Positions 36,291 to 47,833 of a stretch of 64,000 nucleotides of DNA are shown piece after piece. Position 1 is the stretch's first letter. Every line of letters begins with the position of its first letter. Below the pieces are notes generated by a model. The model worked only from the letters and a program-made list of their open reading frames with translations, did no database searches and was not told where the DNA came from. The translations under genes were made by a program, and so were the position numbers. Source of the DNA: Piedraia hortae CBS 480.64 (Eukaryota); contig MU006002.1 of assembly GCA_010093745.1 (NCBI GenBank), positions 62,001 through 126,000 on the forward strand, read 5' to 3'.

Positions 36291-38192
36291 ATGCTTTCAC
36301 TCGTCCAGCTGTGCCTCGCCGGCCTCGTGGTAGCTTATGCAGTGAACCATATTCGTTGCTTCGTCGTCAACCTTGCTGCTGCCAAGCGGTCTGGGCTGCC
36401 GTACATCTGTTAGTTGTCCTTACCCGTAGATGAGGTGTCTTGCTGAGCGGTGTTAGGTGTGCCAGTCTATACCTTTAATCGGGCATGGCTAGTTGTGCAT
36501 AGGCTCTTGATGCCGCTACTCTATAAGCTTCCCCAAAGCTGGACAGACCCATGGCTACAGTTTCTGACTCCAGATGTTGTCTGGAACACCAAGTATGACA
36601 TGTTCCGCCAGCGAGGGAGCGATGTCTTCCTCACCGTCACCCCGGGCGGAACCATGATGTATGTTGCAGATGCTGAGGTAATAGCCCAGATCACCTCGAG
36701 ACGCAACGACTTTCCCAAGCCAACGTGGATGTATGGCTCGTTGAACATCTTTGGTCAGAATGTAGTCTCCACCGAAGGCGCTGCCTGGCGCCATCACAGG
36801 AAGATTACCAGCCCTCCCTTCACAGAAAAGAACAATCATCTGGTGTGGGAGGAGTCATTGCATCAAGCAAAGGCCATGCTGGAAGGCTGGGTCGGTACGA
36901 GCGGCCATGATAGCGGAACCGTCTGGGACGTGGCTTCCCGAGCTATGAGACTGAGCCTTCACGTCATAAGTCGAGCAGGGTTTGGAGTAAGGCTAGATTG
37001 GCCTCACGAGAATAAGTCCAAACAAATTCCAGAGGGCCACACCATGTCCTACAAAGACGCTCTGAGCACCCTTCTGGAGCGTGTCGTAATGATAATGCTT
37101 ACGCCGAAGTGGATCCTGGCGCATTCGCCCTGGAAAGCACACAAAGAAGCCTGGGAGGCATATGTTGAATGGGGAAAATATATGAATGAGATCTACATGG
37201 CCAAACGCTATGAAATCCAACATGGAGAGAGCAGTGAAGGATTAGACCTCATGGGCGCCCTCGTCAAAGGCGCTGGAATTTCTGCCGAGTCGGCGAGCGC
37301 TGAAGTGACGCAGAAAGCACCCACCAAGCAGGTGCTCTCAAAAGAAGAAGTACTGGGCAATGCGTTCGCCATGATTCTGGCCGGACACGAAACCACAGCC
37401 AACACAATCCATTTTGCAACTGTATTCCTTGCCTTGCATCCCGAGTCCCAGCGCAACTTACAGGAAGACTTGGACAGAATACTTGGCGACCGACCAATAT
37501 CTGAATGGACCTATGACCACGACATGCCCCGTCTCTTTGGAGGCATGTGCGGAGGCGTGATGAACGAGCAGTTGCGCCTTATCCCTCCAGTAATCGGGAT
37601 CCCTAAATGCACCCTTGAAGGATCTCCCCAAGGCATTGACTTCAACGGCAGCCACATCACCGTCCCAGGCGACTGCAGCATCACAATCAACACCACTGCA
37701 ACGCACCTGAACCCCAAATACTGGCCGCACACCTCCGAAGAGGACCTCGCCACCTTTCGTCCCGAACGGTGGTTAAAATCTGAGGAAAACCGCCAAGGCA
37801 CCGAAGAAGAACACGAAAAGGTCGATCTCGAAGGACCAGACCGCCGCCCCGATACCGCAGCTTCCCTTTTTCGCCCTGCGCGAGGCGCTTATGTGCCCTT
37901 TAGCATGGACGCCCGATCATGTCTTGGCCGACGCTTCGCCCAATCGGAAATCCTGGCAGTCTTAGCGGTGCTTTTCAAGAACTATTCAGTTGAACTGGAC
38001 GTCAGCTTGTACATGAGCGATGCGGAGCTGGCGATCGCTAGCGTAGAGGAGAAGAAAGTTGCATGGAAAAAAGCTGAAGCTAGAGCCAGGGAGTTAATGC
38101 GCTCCGGTATGGGGACTGTTATCACCATCCAGATGCGTAAGGGGAAGGTTCTGCTGAGGTTTGTTAGGAGGGGGGAGGAGAAGTTCTCGTAG
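36291..38192 (+). CDS. Cytochrome P450 monooxygenase
   Basis: Hydrophobic N-terminal anchor in exon 1 (36291-36408), intron 36409-36456, I-helix AGHETT, EQLR, PERW and heme loop FSMDARSCLG. Confidence 0.93.
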
Positions 38193-40377
38193 CGAGTTCA
38201 TGGAGGCGTAGTGCGCTGTATGAGTGATGTTTGCAACTGCGATAAGTAAAGATCTCCAGAACTCATGGAAAAAAAGAATTTTCTCATGCTCAAAAGTCGA
38301 AGGTTTCTGTACCGTTTCATGCTGTCGTTATCTTGCGCCTTTGGGGAAAGGCACGGAAGTTTGAATTTGAACACCGGGTCCGTGCGGATTGTAGATTTAG
38401 CGTGGAAAGCTTCTTTGATGAGAGCAGGAAGTAGTATCTTAGCACAAGTGGAAAAGGGGACAGCTTGGTCGGAGGTTTTGGACAACGGAAACCCTGAAGT
38501 GGTTGTTGCTTTGGAAGGATTTTCTGCTCTGCAACGGAATAGTACGTACTGGCTGTTTCTGGTCGTGCCGTAGTTCATCAGTTTATACCGCCGAATAGAG
38601 CGGCCAATAGAATATCCTTTGTTACTAGGGAAAAAGCGAAAGTCTCTTGTTGGATTAATGTTGTGGAGTTGTGCAGCTGGGACCTGACGGCGATAATGTG
38701 TCTTCCCCACCACTTCCCTCAGGCATACCCGCATTCTGTTGATGATAGTCGGGAGCCAGTCCCAATAGCTTTAGTGCGACCGGTAATCTCACCTCCTATT
38801 GAGTCTTGGTAGGAAGGTAACAACAACAACATTGTCTTTCGTGTCGCCTCCCATTCCTATATTCATTACATTAGCGGTGTGACAAAAGCCTATCCTTACC
38901 AGGTGTCGACAAAGACTCCCTTAGAAACATTACAAATCCGGCATGCGTCGAATGAGAATTTCTTGTAAAACGATGACAGACCTGTTCATATACATTTACT
39001 CTGTACACATCATACAACAAGTATAAATCACAGCCTTGTATCATCCGCGTACCTTAGGTTGTGAGCCCGGGTGTACCTAAACTGATGGTCATCAACCACC
39101 ACAATGCCAACTGAGCCGAAATCTGCCGAATTGCACAGTTCAGGCAAAACCGATCACGTGGAACCCCCCCCAATTTAACAGCAAGGATGCTTCGTTCTAG
39201 AACTGGAAGAAGACTTGAAAGACCATCTGTGAATCCGATCATGTCCGGAACGTCTTCACTGCCACCGCCCCTAAGCGCGACCAGTCCCACACGCCGTACA
39301 CGCAGTGGAAGCCCAAAGACACAAAAGCAACAATGATGCTCCACAGTGCCGTGGAGAATGACATCACTCATCTTGTCTCAGCGCTTCAATTTTCTACGAG
39401 GCCTGGAGCAATCTATCGAAACGCTTCGATAGGGACACGACCGATGAAACCATCTTTTTGTCCAGATCGATATCCCAAATGCGTTTCGATAATGGCGAGG
39501 ATTGGCTTACTCGGAACTTCAAAAACACATCGATGATTTCCATACCGATGCAACAGACCTGTCCCGGGGCGGACCACATTGTCGCCCTTATTCGACATTG
39601 ATATTACTAAAGTCGCGTTTTCGAAATTTACGCTTCCTGAATCAATGGACAACTTCGTGGACGACTTGAACACCAAACTGACCTCTTCCTTTTCGGAGAT
39701 CCTCGATCCACCGCATGACATCATTGACAAAGACGCCCTGAAGAATCCCATGACGACGGATACATCGAGACGCAAGTACTTAAGGCCGCCAATGACATCC
39801 TCCAATAAATACCGTCTTTTCTGCGAACCCCGTGGTTTCTCTTACAGAATACGGGGGAGCCATGGCCTCTTGACCGTTACTGAGAAGGTCTGTAAGGGTG
39901 GCTTCCTCATCCAACTTGTAGGCCTTAGGGACATTGAAAATTTAACCTCCTACCATGAGGTCCACTGAGTCATTGGACACAGTTATGTCCCAAACCTTGC
40001 CAAGATCTATCAAGACAGCAATCAAATTCCATCCCGGCCAAAGGACTTTTCTGCAGAGACTGTGTGAAGTCCAAGTCTCTACCTGCCAGACGCTCCTCAA
40101 AACCCTTCGAGGTCATCCATTCCGCTCGGTCCGGAAGATTCTCAAACTGCCAATTGGCCAATCGCGATATTCCGTCTTTTTCACCGATGACTAGACCGCG
40201 GGTTGTTTTCCTGGAACTAGGAGAAGAGGAGGCATCGTTGCCAAATGACCAGCTTCCTACGCTGAATCCAGAGCAGCGTACCGCATACGATTCAATAGTT
40301 AACACCATCGACCACGATCCCGAAAACGTCCACTTCTTTCTGTAAGGCCCGGGAGCGGCAAAAATTTTAATAAAAGG

Positions 40378-40520
40378 TGTTCTAATAAGCAGCGGCACCT
40401 CACAGGTGTGTCAGTATACACGCGTATCTAGAGCTACACAAGAAAATTTCTGAGTACTCGAACCCTTGTCAGGGATGTGGGTCATCACCTGCGGATCGCT
40501 CCGTGGCGACCTGCACGACA
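40378..40520. mobile_element. Miniature solo LTR, family A (143 bp), inverted relative to 23885-24025
   Basis: TGTT...GACA termini; flanks AAAGG (40373-40377) and CAAGG (40521-40525); colinear with the reverse complement of 23885-24025. Confidence 0.88.
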
Positions 40521-40525
40521 CAAGG

Positions 40526-40831
40526 TGTCGGAGGGGTGAACCTCCGAGGACTAGAGCGGAGTGGATGGCAACGACAAAAGTTTTCACTCAACTTTTTCTG
40601 AAAAAATGTGTAATGTAGATGTCTATCTCTATGAGGTGAGGTTCGAAACCTCCCCCACACTACCTCAGTCTAACCGCATTTGCCAGGACAACGTCAGCGA
40701 ACCATGCCCTTAAGCATGAACGAGACAATGATCCGTCTCAGGGAAAACTTCCTCTATAGAGGCAAAAACCCTGAAAACTTTCGACTCCTATCTATAGTTC
40801 TGGTCATGGTGGGTGCTACATCCTTTTGACA
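40526..40831. mobile_element. Solo LTR, family B (306 bp), TSD CAAGG
   Basis: TGTC...GACA termini; perfect CAAGG at 40521-40525 and 40832-40836; same orientation as copy 5321-5626. Confidence 0.9.
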
Positions 40832-41626
40832 CAAGGCCTTATAGTTCTGCTCCGAGGGGGATATTGTCATCTGCATGGCATCCTCCGGCAATGCGGCTTT
40901 GCTGCTGCCCAATGGAACTAATGCACACTCCTGCTTCAAGACCCTTATCAAGTGTGATGAGGGATCTATCTGCAGCATCCCAGGAAGGTTGCAGTTTGTA
41001 GATCTGCTGCACCAGACGTCCCTGACATCTCAAAGTTCCATGATATCGTACGGTGGTCTTGAGACGTCGGCCGTCAGAAAGTATGAGAAGGAGAGGATGT
41101 AGTTGCCTGCATTCTGTGATCGATACCCCTGACCGGGATGTGGAGTACTCTTAGAAATTTTGATATTCTTGGAACTTTGCCGGAGCCAAGATTCAAGCCC
41201 AGTCCCAAACGAGTTAGTTGTTGGAGGTCGAGTAGACGGGTTAGGCTCGGCCGGAGAACGGGTGGCTGGCCTTCACTAATTTTGTCAGCTTAACGGCTGA
41301 CAACGGTTGAGCCCCAACCGTTTTGAAGGGGCATCCATCAGATCCATCACAGCAACAGAGTCATCTTCCGTAGTTTTTCCTTCCGTTTGTTCCATCTCGA
41401 ACTCACTTCCAACGAGGCTGACATCAGTTCCGGCTTGGAACTTTCGGCAATGACATATGCAACACCACGCAGACTTCAGGCGTCTGAACCTTCTACCGAA
41501 CGTAGTTCACGTCTTTGCCTATAGCGTACACGGGTCATCTTCCCGATATTATTGTAGCTAGAACTATCGCACCGTCCAGTTTTGACTGCTTCTGTCCCCT
41601 ATTTTGTTTTTGGGGTGTCGCACTCG

Positions 41627-44600
41627 ATGTCGCATAAGTGTATGCTTTGCCATACGCCAGTCGGGAATCTGCACGTTACCAACACCACCAGAAAGCTTGG
41701 AGCACACCTTGCCCGGGAAGATCACTTAAGGACAATGAGACGTACGCAGAACGAAGACCCTCAAAGGTATCAACAATACCTGGTCTGGGAGCAGGATTAT
41801 AGAGCCGATCATGCCCGGAGTGCCTATCTTACATCATTAGCCGTTATAGCTGGAGTTATGGCTTTGCAAGAGACTCAGCCATGCCAGTTTTGAGGATGAT
41901 ATGACGGAACTGGGCGTAATAGAGACTCTTTCACAGGCCTTTGCAGACGTTGATATATTGGACTATGATGAGTCTATGGATGTTGGTTACTCGGCCGGGA
42001 TCAACGTCGAAAATCAAATGATCAGCCGCCATTCCCACGAATCTCAAGAAGGTGGACCCAACATAGAGGGTGGACATGACAGTGACATGGAAAGTGACAT
42101 CGAAGATAGGGTGACAGTGGAGGAGAAGAAGAAGGTGAGGAAGAAGAGGGATGTGTAGATGACGGTATGGAAGAGGCGGGGAGTTGGGAAGACGAAGCAT
42201 ATGGCCAAGATAGGAGAGGTGATCAAGATGAAGCTGAAGCTGAAGCCGAAGAAGGCCATAGAGACGAAGATCGGAATCAGCCACACTATTCTTGCTCCCC
42301 GCGATCTGCACCACCAGGTCCCGCACTTATTGCAGAGCCTGAGCACGAATATTCCCCTTTCATATGCGAGATAGACGCTCTATTTTTCGCATTCGACGTT
42401 TCGACACATCATCAAGTCAGTAACAAATCTATGAGCTCTATCATCGAGTTGATGAAGGTGTATTGGAAATCGCACGGACGACACCTGATGGGACCATTTC
42501 CATCCCAAGTGTTTCAAAACTGAAGCGATACAAAAATGTGGTTCCCTCACCAGAAATTCAACGGCGAGTTCCCCCTGAAGCAAAGTCGTTCCATCAAATC
42601 AGCATCCTGGACAGCATGAGGATGGAGGCTTGCAAGCCCGGTATGAAACTGGTACAATATTCTGAGATATTGAAACCTGCACCGGCATTCTCGGGTGAAG
42701 GAAAAGTGGTTGCCAATCAAATGCGGCATGGCGACAAATGGAGAATGGAGCGACAGCTTCTGCGCCCAGTATATTGTTTGAGACTCCGCGAAGGACATCA
42801 AGATGTATGGATCAGTGATGTACTGGAGCTGTGTACGGGTGAGAATGCCATGTTCTATGGTTGCGAGATCCACACCACGCGAGGGCAGAGCGCATTGGTT
42901 GTTTGTGCTATCAAGCTGACTCTGGCAAGACCTATCGCGCCAAGCTCTGAGAAGGCGAGATTGCTCCTGCCAATAAAAGAAGGTGCATTGGATCTTTCCG
43001 AATAAACGGACCTTCTACTGGACGAGCGGGATACCGTCAAGGCTCAGAAAAGCAACCAAATTTAAGTTTGCTGCCCAAGACGGGGGTCATATCAACGCTT
43101 ACCTTGAGCAAATGCTTCGTACCTCACACCCGCAAGGCGGTGTGAATTAGATGTGGTCCAGTGCAACTCTTGCTTCTGGTCAGACGGTACCAGTGCTGTC
43201 AGAAGCTCTCGCTGAAACCACATTCAGGCCCTCTGTATAACACTTGCTGGAAGGTCCCAGAAGATAACTCGGCCAAATACTAGTCACATCTTCATTGTAG
43301 TAATGAATTGTCTAGCAGGAGAATTTTCATCCATCAGCACACATTTTCATAGCCGTTGGCGAGGATATCAAAGGCCACCACATGATTGGTGCGATGATAC
43401 CCGAAAAAGTCCACTCCAGCGTGAAATACTGGCGTTCAATCCTGCAAGTCGATCCAGACGAGTCCTTGTCGGCATCCCGGTGATGGTGCAAGCAGATAAT
43501 GCCGAGGCTTCAGAGCTTGGTAGCCATAAGATGTCCAGCAATCTTAACTGCCGGGTATGCATCTTTGATAAGAGAGGAATAGACAGGTGGGAAGACTTCG
43601 TCATCCCGTGTGCTATACGGGTGCTGCGGATCACGAAAAGCTAGGATGAAGAGGGTGGAAGGTCTGGCAATTACAAGGCCGATAGGGCGGCTATTAGACT
43701 CCCACTCACGGCCATGTACGAAATCCCTGGCTTGGATCCACACCAAAATCTACCATACGACAACCTGCATTGTGTCCTGCTGGGTTACGTGCAAATGCTG
43801 TGGACGGAGATGGTGAAGGACAGCAGGGTGAAGCCAGACGTGGAAGATCTTGACCTGCGAACGGCCGCCGCCAGTCGCGAAGGAGGAATCCAAAGCATGG
43901 TAGGTGGCAAGCGCATCACAAACTGGAGCAGGTCGCTACAAGGTGGCAATTTTGGCTCAATCATCCAGCTTTGGCCATCAAACCTCCTGTCCTTCTACGA
44001 ATCGAAAGGACGGCTTTCCGAAATGCAGGACCTGATCCACCTCTGGTCAACATCAGCCAAGTTAACGAAGCTATTGTACGCCACGAATCTCATGGATGTC
44101 GATGCATGGTCTGAGGAGGTTCAGCAGACATACGAAGAAATGATTTGCAACTGGGCGGACATGTGGGGCCTTGACTACATACGCAGCAAGGTCAAACTTC
44201 ACTTGCTTTGTCATGTGGTGATGTGGGTCAGAAGATTCGGGCCCATTATCGGTGCTCAGTGCAAGACGCACGAGTGCACGAACAAACACCTGCGCGGAAA
44301 CGGGGAGCACACCAACCGCCAGGCTTACTCTTTGGACATCGCAGGGAGGTACAGCATTTTCTCTGGAGCACTCCACTTGGCAGCGGGAGGCTAGTGGCCG
44401 GTCAATCAGACCCATATGACCTATTCAGGTCGAAGTCTTGTCGCTCTTTTCAGCTCCTCACTGGTTCAAGGATTTTGGGGGTTGCGGACAGTGCAAGGCC
44501 CGGGAAATTGCCAATTATGGAGGGAGAGGAACGTGAGCGATGATACAATTGATTCAGCTCTACATATCCACCTTCATGATCAATACGTGGTTCCCTGGGA

Positions 44601-45065
44601 ACATGGCCAATATCAAAGGTACCATCGGATGAGCGGATTACATCCCTGCCGTATTGGATCCTTCGTACAATCCGCCAACTAGGGCTAAGCTTTGTTCCGC
44701 ATCCGATTTTTCTTGCGTGAGACACTCCGAGGTGGAGGTATTGCGTTGTTGGAGGCCTTTCAGGAAGCCACCCCGCAGTCCGAGGCTGAAGAGTTCAGTG
44801 TGGTTGAAGGTCACAAGCTCATTGCACCTGCAGGATGGAACCTGACGTCCTTGCTGCCTGATATTATGGCTGTTCTCAACGTGCAGCATCTGTGCGGCAG
44901 CGGATGCTGATGGACTTGGGTGCCATCTGCACACCGTGTGAAGAGACGACACATTGAATGAGCTAAACGGAAGCATGACGAATCCAGGCACGATCGCTGG
45001 TTCATACATGCACACGTTATCAAGACGGATGTATGATTATATAGCAAGAGTTTCATGCAGTTAGA
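41627..45065 (+). mobile_element. Degenerate large transposase, CACTA/EnSpm- or Plavaka-related fungal family
   Basis: N-terminal CxxC...H...H finger, acidic tract, YSPF, FWSDGTS..S.R*NH, VQADNAEASELGSH..CRVC, GLDPHQNLPYDNLHCVLLG, KLHLLCH..WVRRFGP..HECTNKHLR..HTNRQAYSLDIA and LNVQHLC across frameshifted ORFs. Confidence 0.7.
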
Positions 45066-45826
45066 ATCGACATTATACCTTCACCCATTATCGAGACAGA
45101 ACATTACTCTCCATCGCATATGACGCGATAATGCTTAAACTTCCGTCAAAGTGATATATTTTCGGGCGATCTTCAGACAAATCGGGTTGGGGTAAAGGTA
45201 TATCCCCACAATAATGCATGAAACATAGCATGGAATATTGCGGGGATATAGGGTATTCCCGCAATATTGAGCGTGGTTAGCCGTGTAGGTAGTTATCCCA
45301 CTGCGTACATACATAGGTGCTTCTAGGTGATCTCTGAAATGCGCCAAAACACCATAGACAACGGCTTGGAATAGCCTAACATCAGTTGTCTCAGTAGTTC
45401 ATGCTTTGAAGATTCATAATATACCCTTCTTGATTGCTCATGAATCCATTAATAGCCAACATGTTGCGATCTATGGCAAAATGCACCATTGCGGACTTGG
45501 GTCAGAATTGTAGCGTTAGTGCTGAGTATAAAGAAACATACTCTCCGTCAGTGCCCCAAACATCAAGATTTATGAGCACTGATGGTCATATCTGTTTTCG
45601 ACACGACAGAAAAGCGATAAAGCTACCGATGTAGCGACAGTAGGGTGTTCTATACCCATTTGGGATCGGAACAAGCAACAGAGTAATTTATCCTGATCTA
45701 CACCTCCAACCAGAGACCAAACGCACCCTTATACATGATTCTCATGTCGGGGTCAGGGGACATTAAGACTAACAATGCGTGACATGGAGCAGAAGATATG
45801 AAATCGCTCATAGCGATGGGCATTCT

Positions 45827-46188
45827 TGTAGAGATTTAGATCTCGTGGGTGAGAGTGCACAGCGACTCGAAGAGGACGGAGCGATAGACGGAATCAGGGA
45901 CAGGAAAGATGTAGATGTATGTGAGTCAAAAATACCAGTTGCAGTATGGTAGTGTCAATTGACTATTTCAAATGAGGGGACGTTCGGAATGAAAATTCTG
46001 TACCGGTGGGCCGGTGACGTCGCGTCGTACACTAGCGGGGCGTATTCACCATGTCACATATGACATGACCCTGAGGGAAAACCTCTGTGAGGGAAAAACC
46101 TAGGGTGCAGCCGGTAGTGTAGGAGGTATCGCTGACTTGCTATGCAAGTGCCCTGCATACGCGCTAGCGGCGATGCTTGAATCCAACA
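45827..46188. mobile_element. Probable solo LTR, family C (362 bp), TSD ATTCT
   Basis: TGTAG...CAACA termini with ATTCT at 45822-45826 and 46189-46193; internal TGACCCTGAGGGAAAACCTCTGTGAGGGAAAAACC resembles a segment of family B. Single copy in the window. Confidence 0.6.
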
Positions 46189-46317
46189 ATTCTGACGGCG
46201 GCAAGCTGTACAGGTGACCGCACAAAGTGACAAACACTTATGGTCACCATTGAAAACCATATGAGAAGGGCAGAAAGATAATTTGGCAATGGAAATTTAG
46301 TTTGGAGCTACAACACT

Positions 46318-46860
46318 TTATCTGAACGGCAAAGTCACAGAGCATCTCAACTGAATGGTCACCACCTCTTCAGCTTCAACGTCCCCAAAATCCGTGGCGG
46401 ACTCATCTCTGACCCTCTCATGTCCCTCCACTGCCACTGTAATTCTATCCAACAGTCCCTGCAAAATGCCAATGTTCATCTTCCCGTACCCAATCAGGCC
46501 TCGAATCTTCACCCAATCCTCAGCATGCATATAACGCTGCGCATTAGTCATATTCTCCTCGACCGTCTCGAGTACAAAAGCACATGCGGGTAGTCCACCC
46601 ACAAACTCACCTACGCCCATGAACAGGTGGCCCGGCTCAAGGTCAGCGGACTTGAAAACCCAACGCGGCACGGCATGATACCGCGTGGAAAGCTGATCGT
46701 ATGATCGCCTAGCTGCGATGACGGAAGCGAGGAGAGCATGCAACTCGCGATAGATGTTAAGAAGATCCTGCTTGGCATCCAGCATTTCGATGAGCGGGAT
46801 ATAAGCCTCTTCCAGGTTTTTGACGACGGATACGATGATTTTTTGGTTCAAGTTTGACAT
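46318..46860 (-). CDS. Hypothetical 180-aa helical protein
   Basis: Uninterrupted ATG-to-TAA ORF with protein-like composition, AACATG start context and TATAAA at 46902-46897. Confidence 0.55.
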   Translation of the reverse strand: MSNLNQKIIVSVVKNLEEAYIPLIEMLDAKQDLLNIYRELHALLASVIAARRSYDQLSTRYHAVPRWVFKSADLEPGHLFMGVGEFVGGLPACAFVLETVEENMTNAQRYMHAEDWVKIRGLIGYGKMNIGILQGLLDRITVAVEGHERVRDESATDFGDVEAEEVVTIQLRCSVTLPFR

Positions 46861-47833
46861 GTTTTCATATGGAAGGCAGTGGAGAAGCAGCAGACATTTA
46901 TAAGAAGGGCTGTTGCTCTCGGAAGTTGGACGGGAATATATGAATTGTGAATGTTCGAGTGCTTTGTTGAGTGTGCCCCGTGGCTTTGTCCAATGTATAA
47001 ATGCATTGTTATTTTGCGGGAGGGAATAATAGCTTATACTCCTTGAAAAAATACAAAGATATTATCAAAACAACAATGTTTGCCATCGAAAACATTGTTG
47101 GGGTCATAATTGGCTTTACGTAACTCTTTGGTTACTGTAGGGGGTGAACTGTCAATTGCAGGGGGCCCCTGGCGTCGCCTTGCAGCATCCCCACATAAAC
47201 ACATAGTGTCATTGTTTTTCCAGACGGTCACGGACGCTCACATAACACTTTGGACTGTTCACTCGACAGATAAGCGGCACGATAGCAGTTCCGCGGTACA
47301 CTAGTAACCTTCGCGGCACATCTATAGCTGCACAGTACGTTAGCAACTAAGCAACACACCAGCTGTTAGATCGTGCATATATTATATTTTACGCAGATAA
47401 GGGGTACGTTGCCATCGTACAGTTCATCTGCTATAATGCCGCTTGGTGAAGCCGTCGGTCAACTGCTAAGCTGTTTTTCCAACGATGGCTGCTGCCTTTG
47501 TCTATCGTTTTACTGTGGTAAGCCGCTCTCATACGTTTAGCCGATTCCTCAAAACAGCGACTCTTGCATGGACCAAACGCTAAGTTACGTTGGTTCTAAA
47601 GCGCGCCTCAGGGCTGTTGAATGTGGCCGGAAAGAAGAATTAGTTCACTACAATCACGCTTGAGGAGCAAGTCAGCTATCCTACCTCAACGGAATCACTC
47701 CAGTACATACTCCGCTACATAAGAGTCCCTTCCCAGACTCACGATAATTCCCTCAGCTTTTCCTCACACACCATACCTCTCTTCATCTTTACAGTCTATC
47801 TACATCATTTTCTCCCTCATAGCAACCGCGAAG

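Larger units (their letters stand above)
40200..41030 (+). mobile_element. Helitron-type PIF1 helicase relic, interrupted by two solo LTRs
   Basis: LNPEQRTAYDSIV...HFFL*GPGAAK [insertions 40378-40836] KAL...IVICMASSGNAALLLPNGTNAHSCFK...DLLHQTSL matches Pif1 motifs I, Ia and Ib as in Helitron RepHel proteins. Confidence 0.85.

Noticed and set aside
41274..45521. CACTA...TAGTG as termini of the large transposon
   Set aside because: Only 6 bp of inverted match, and the flanking triplets (CTT/CTG) differ.
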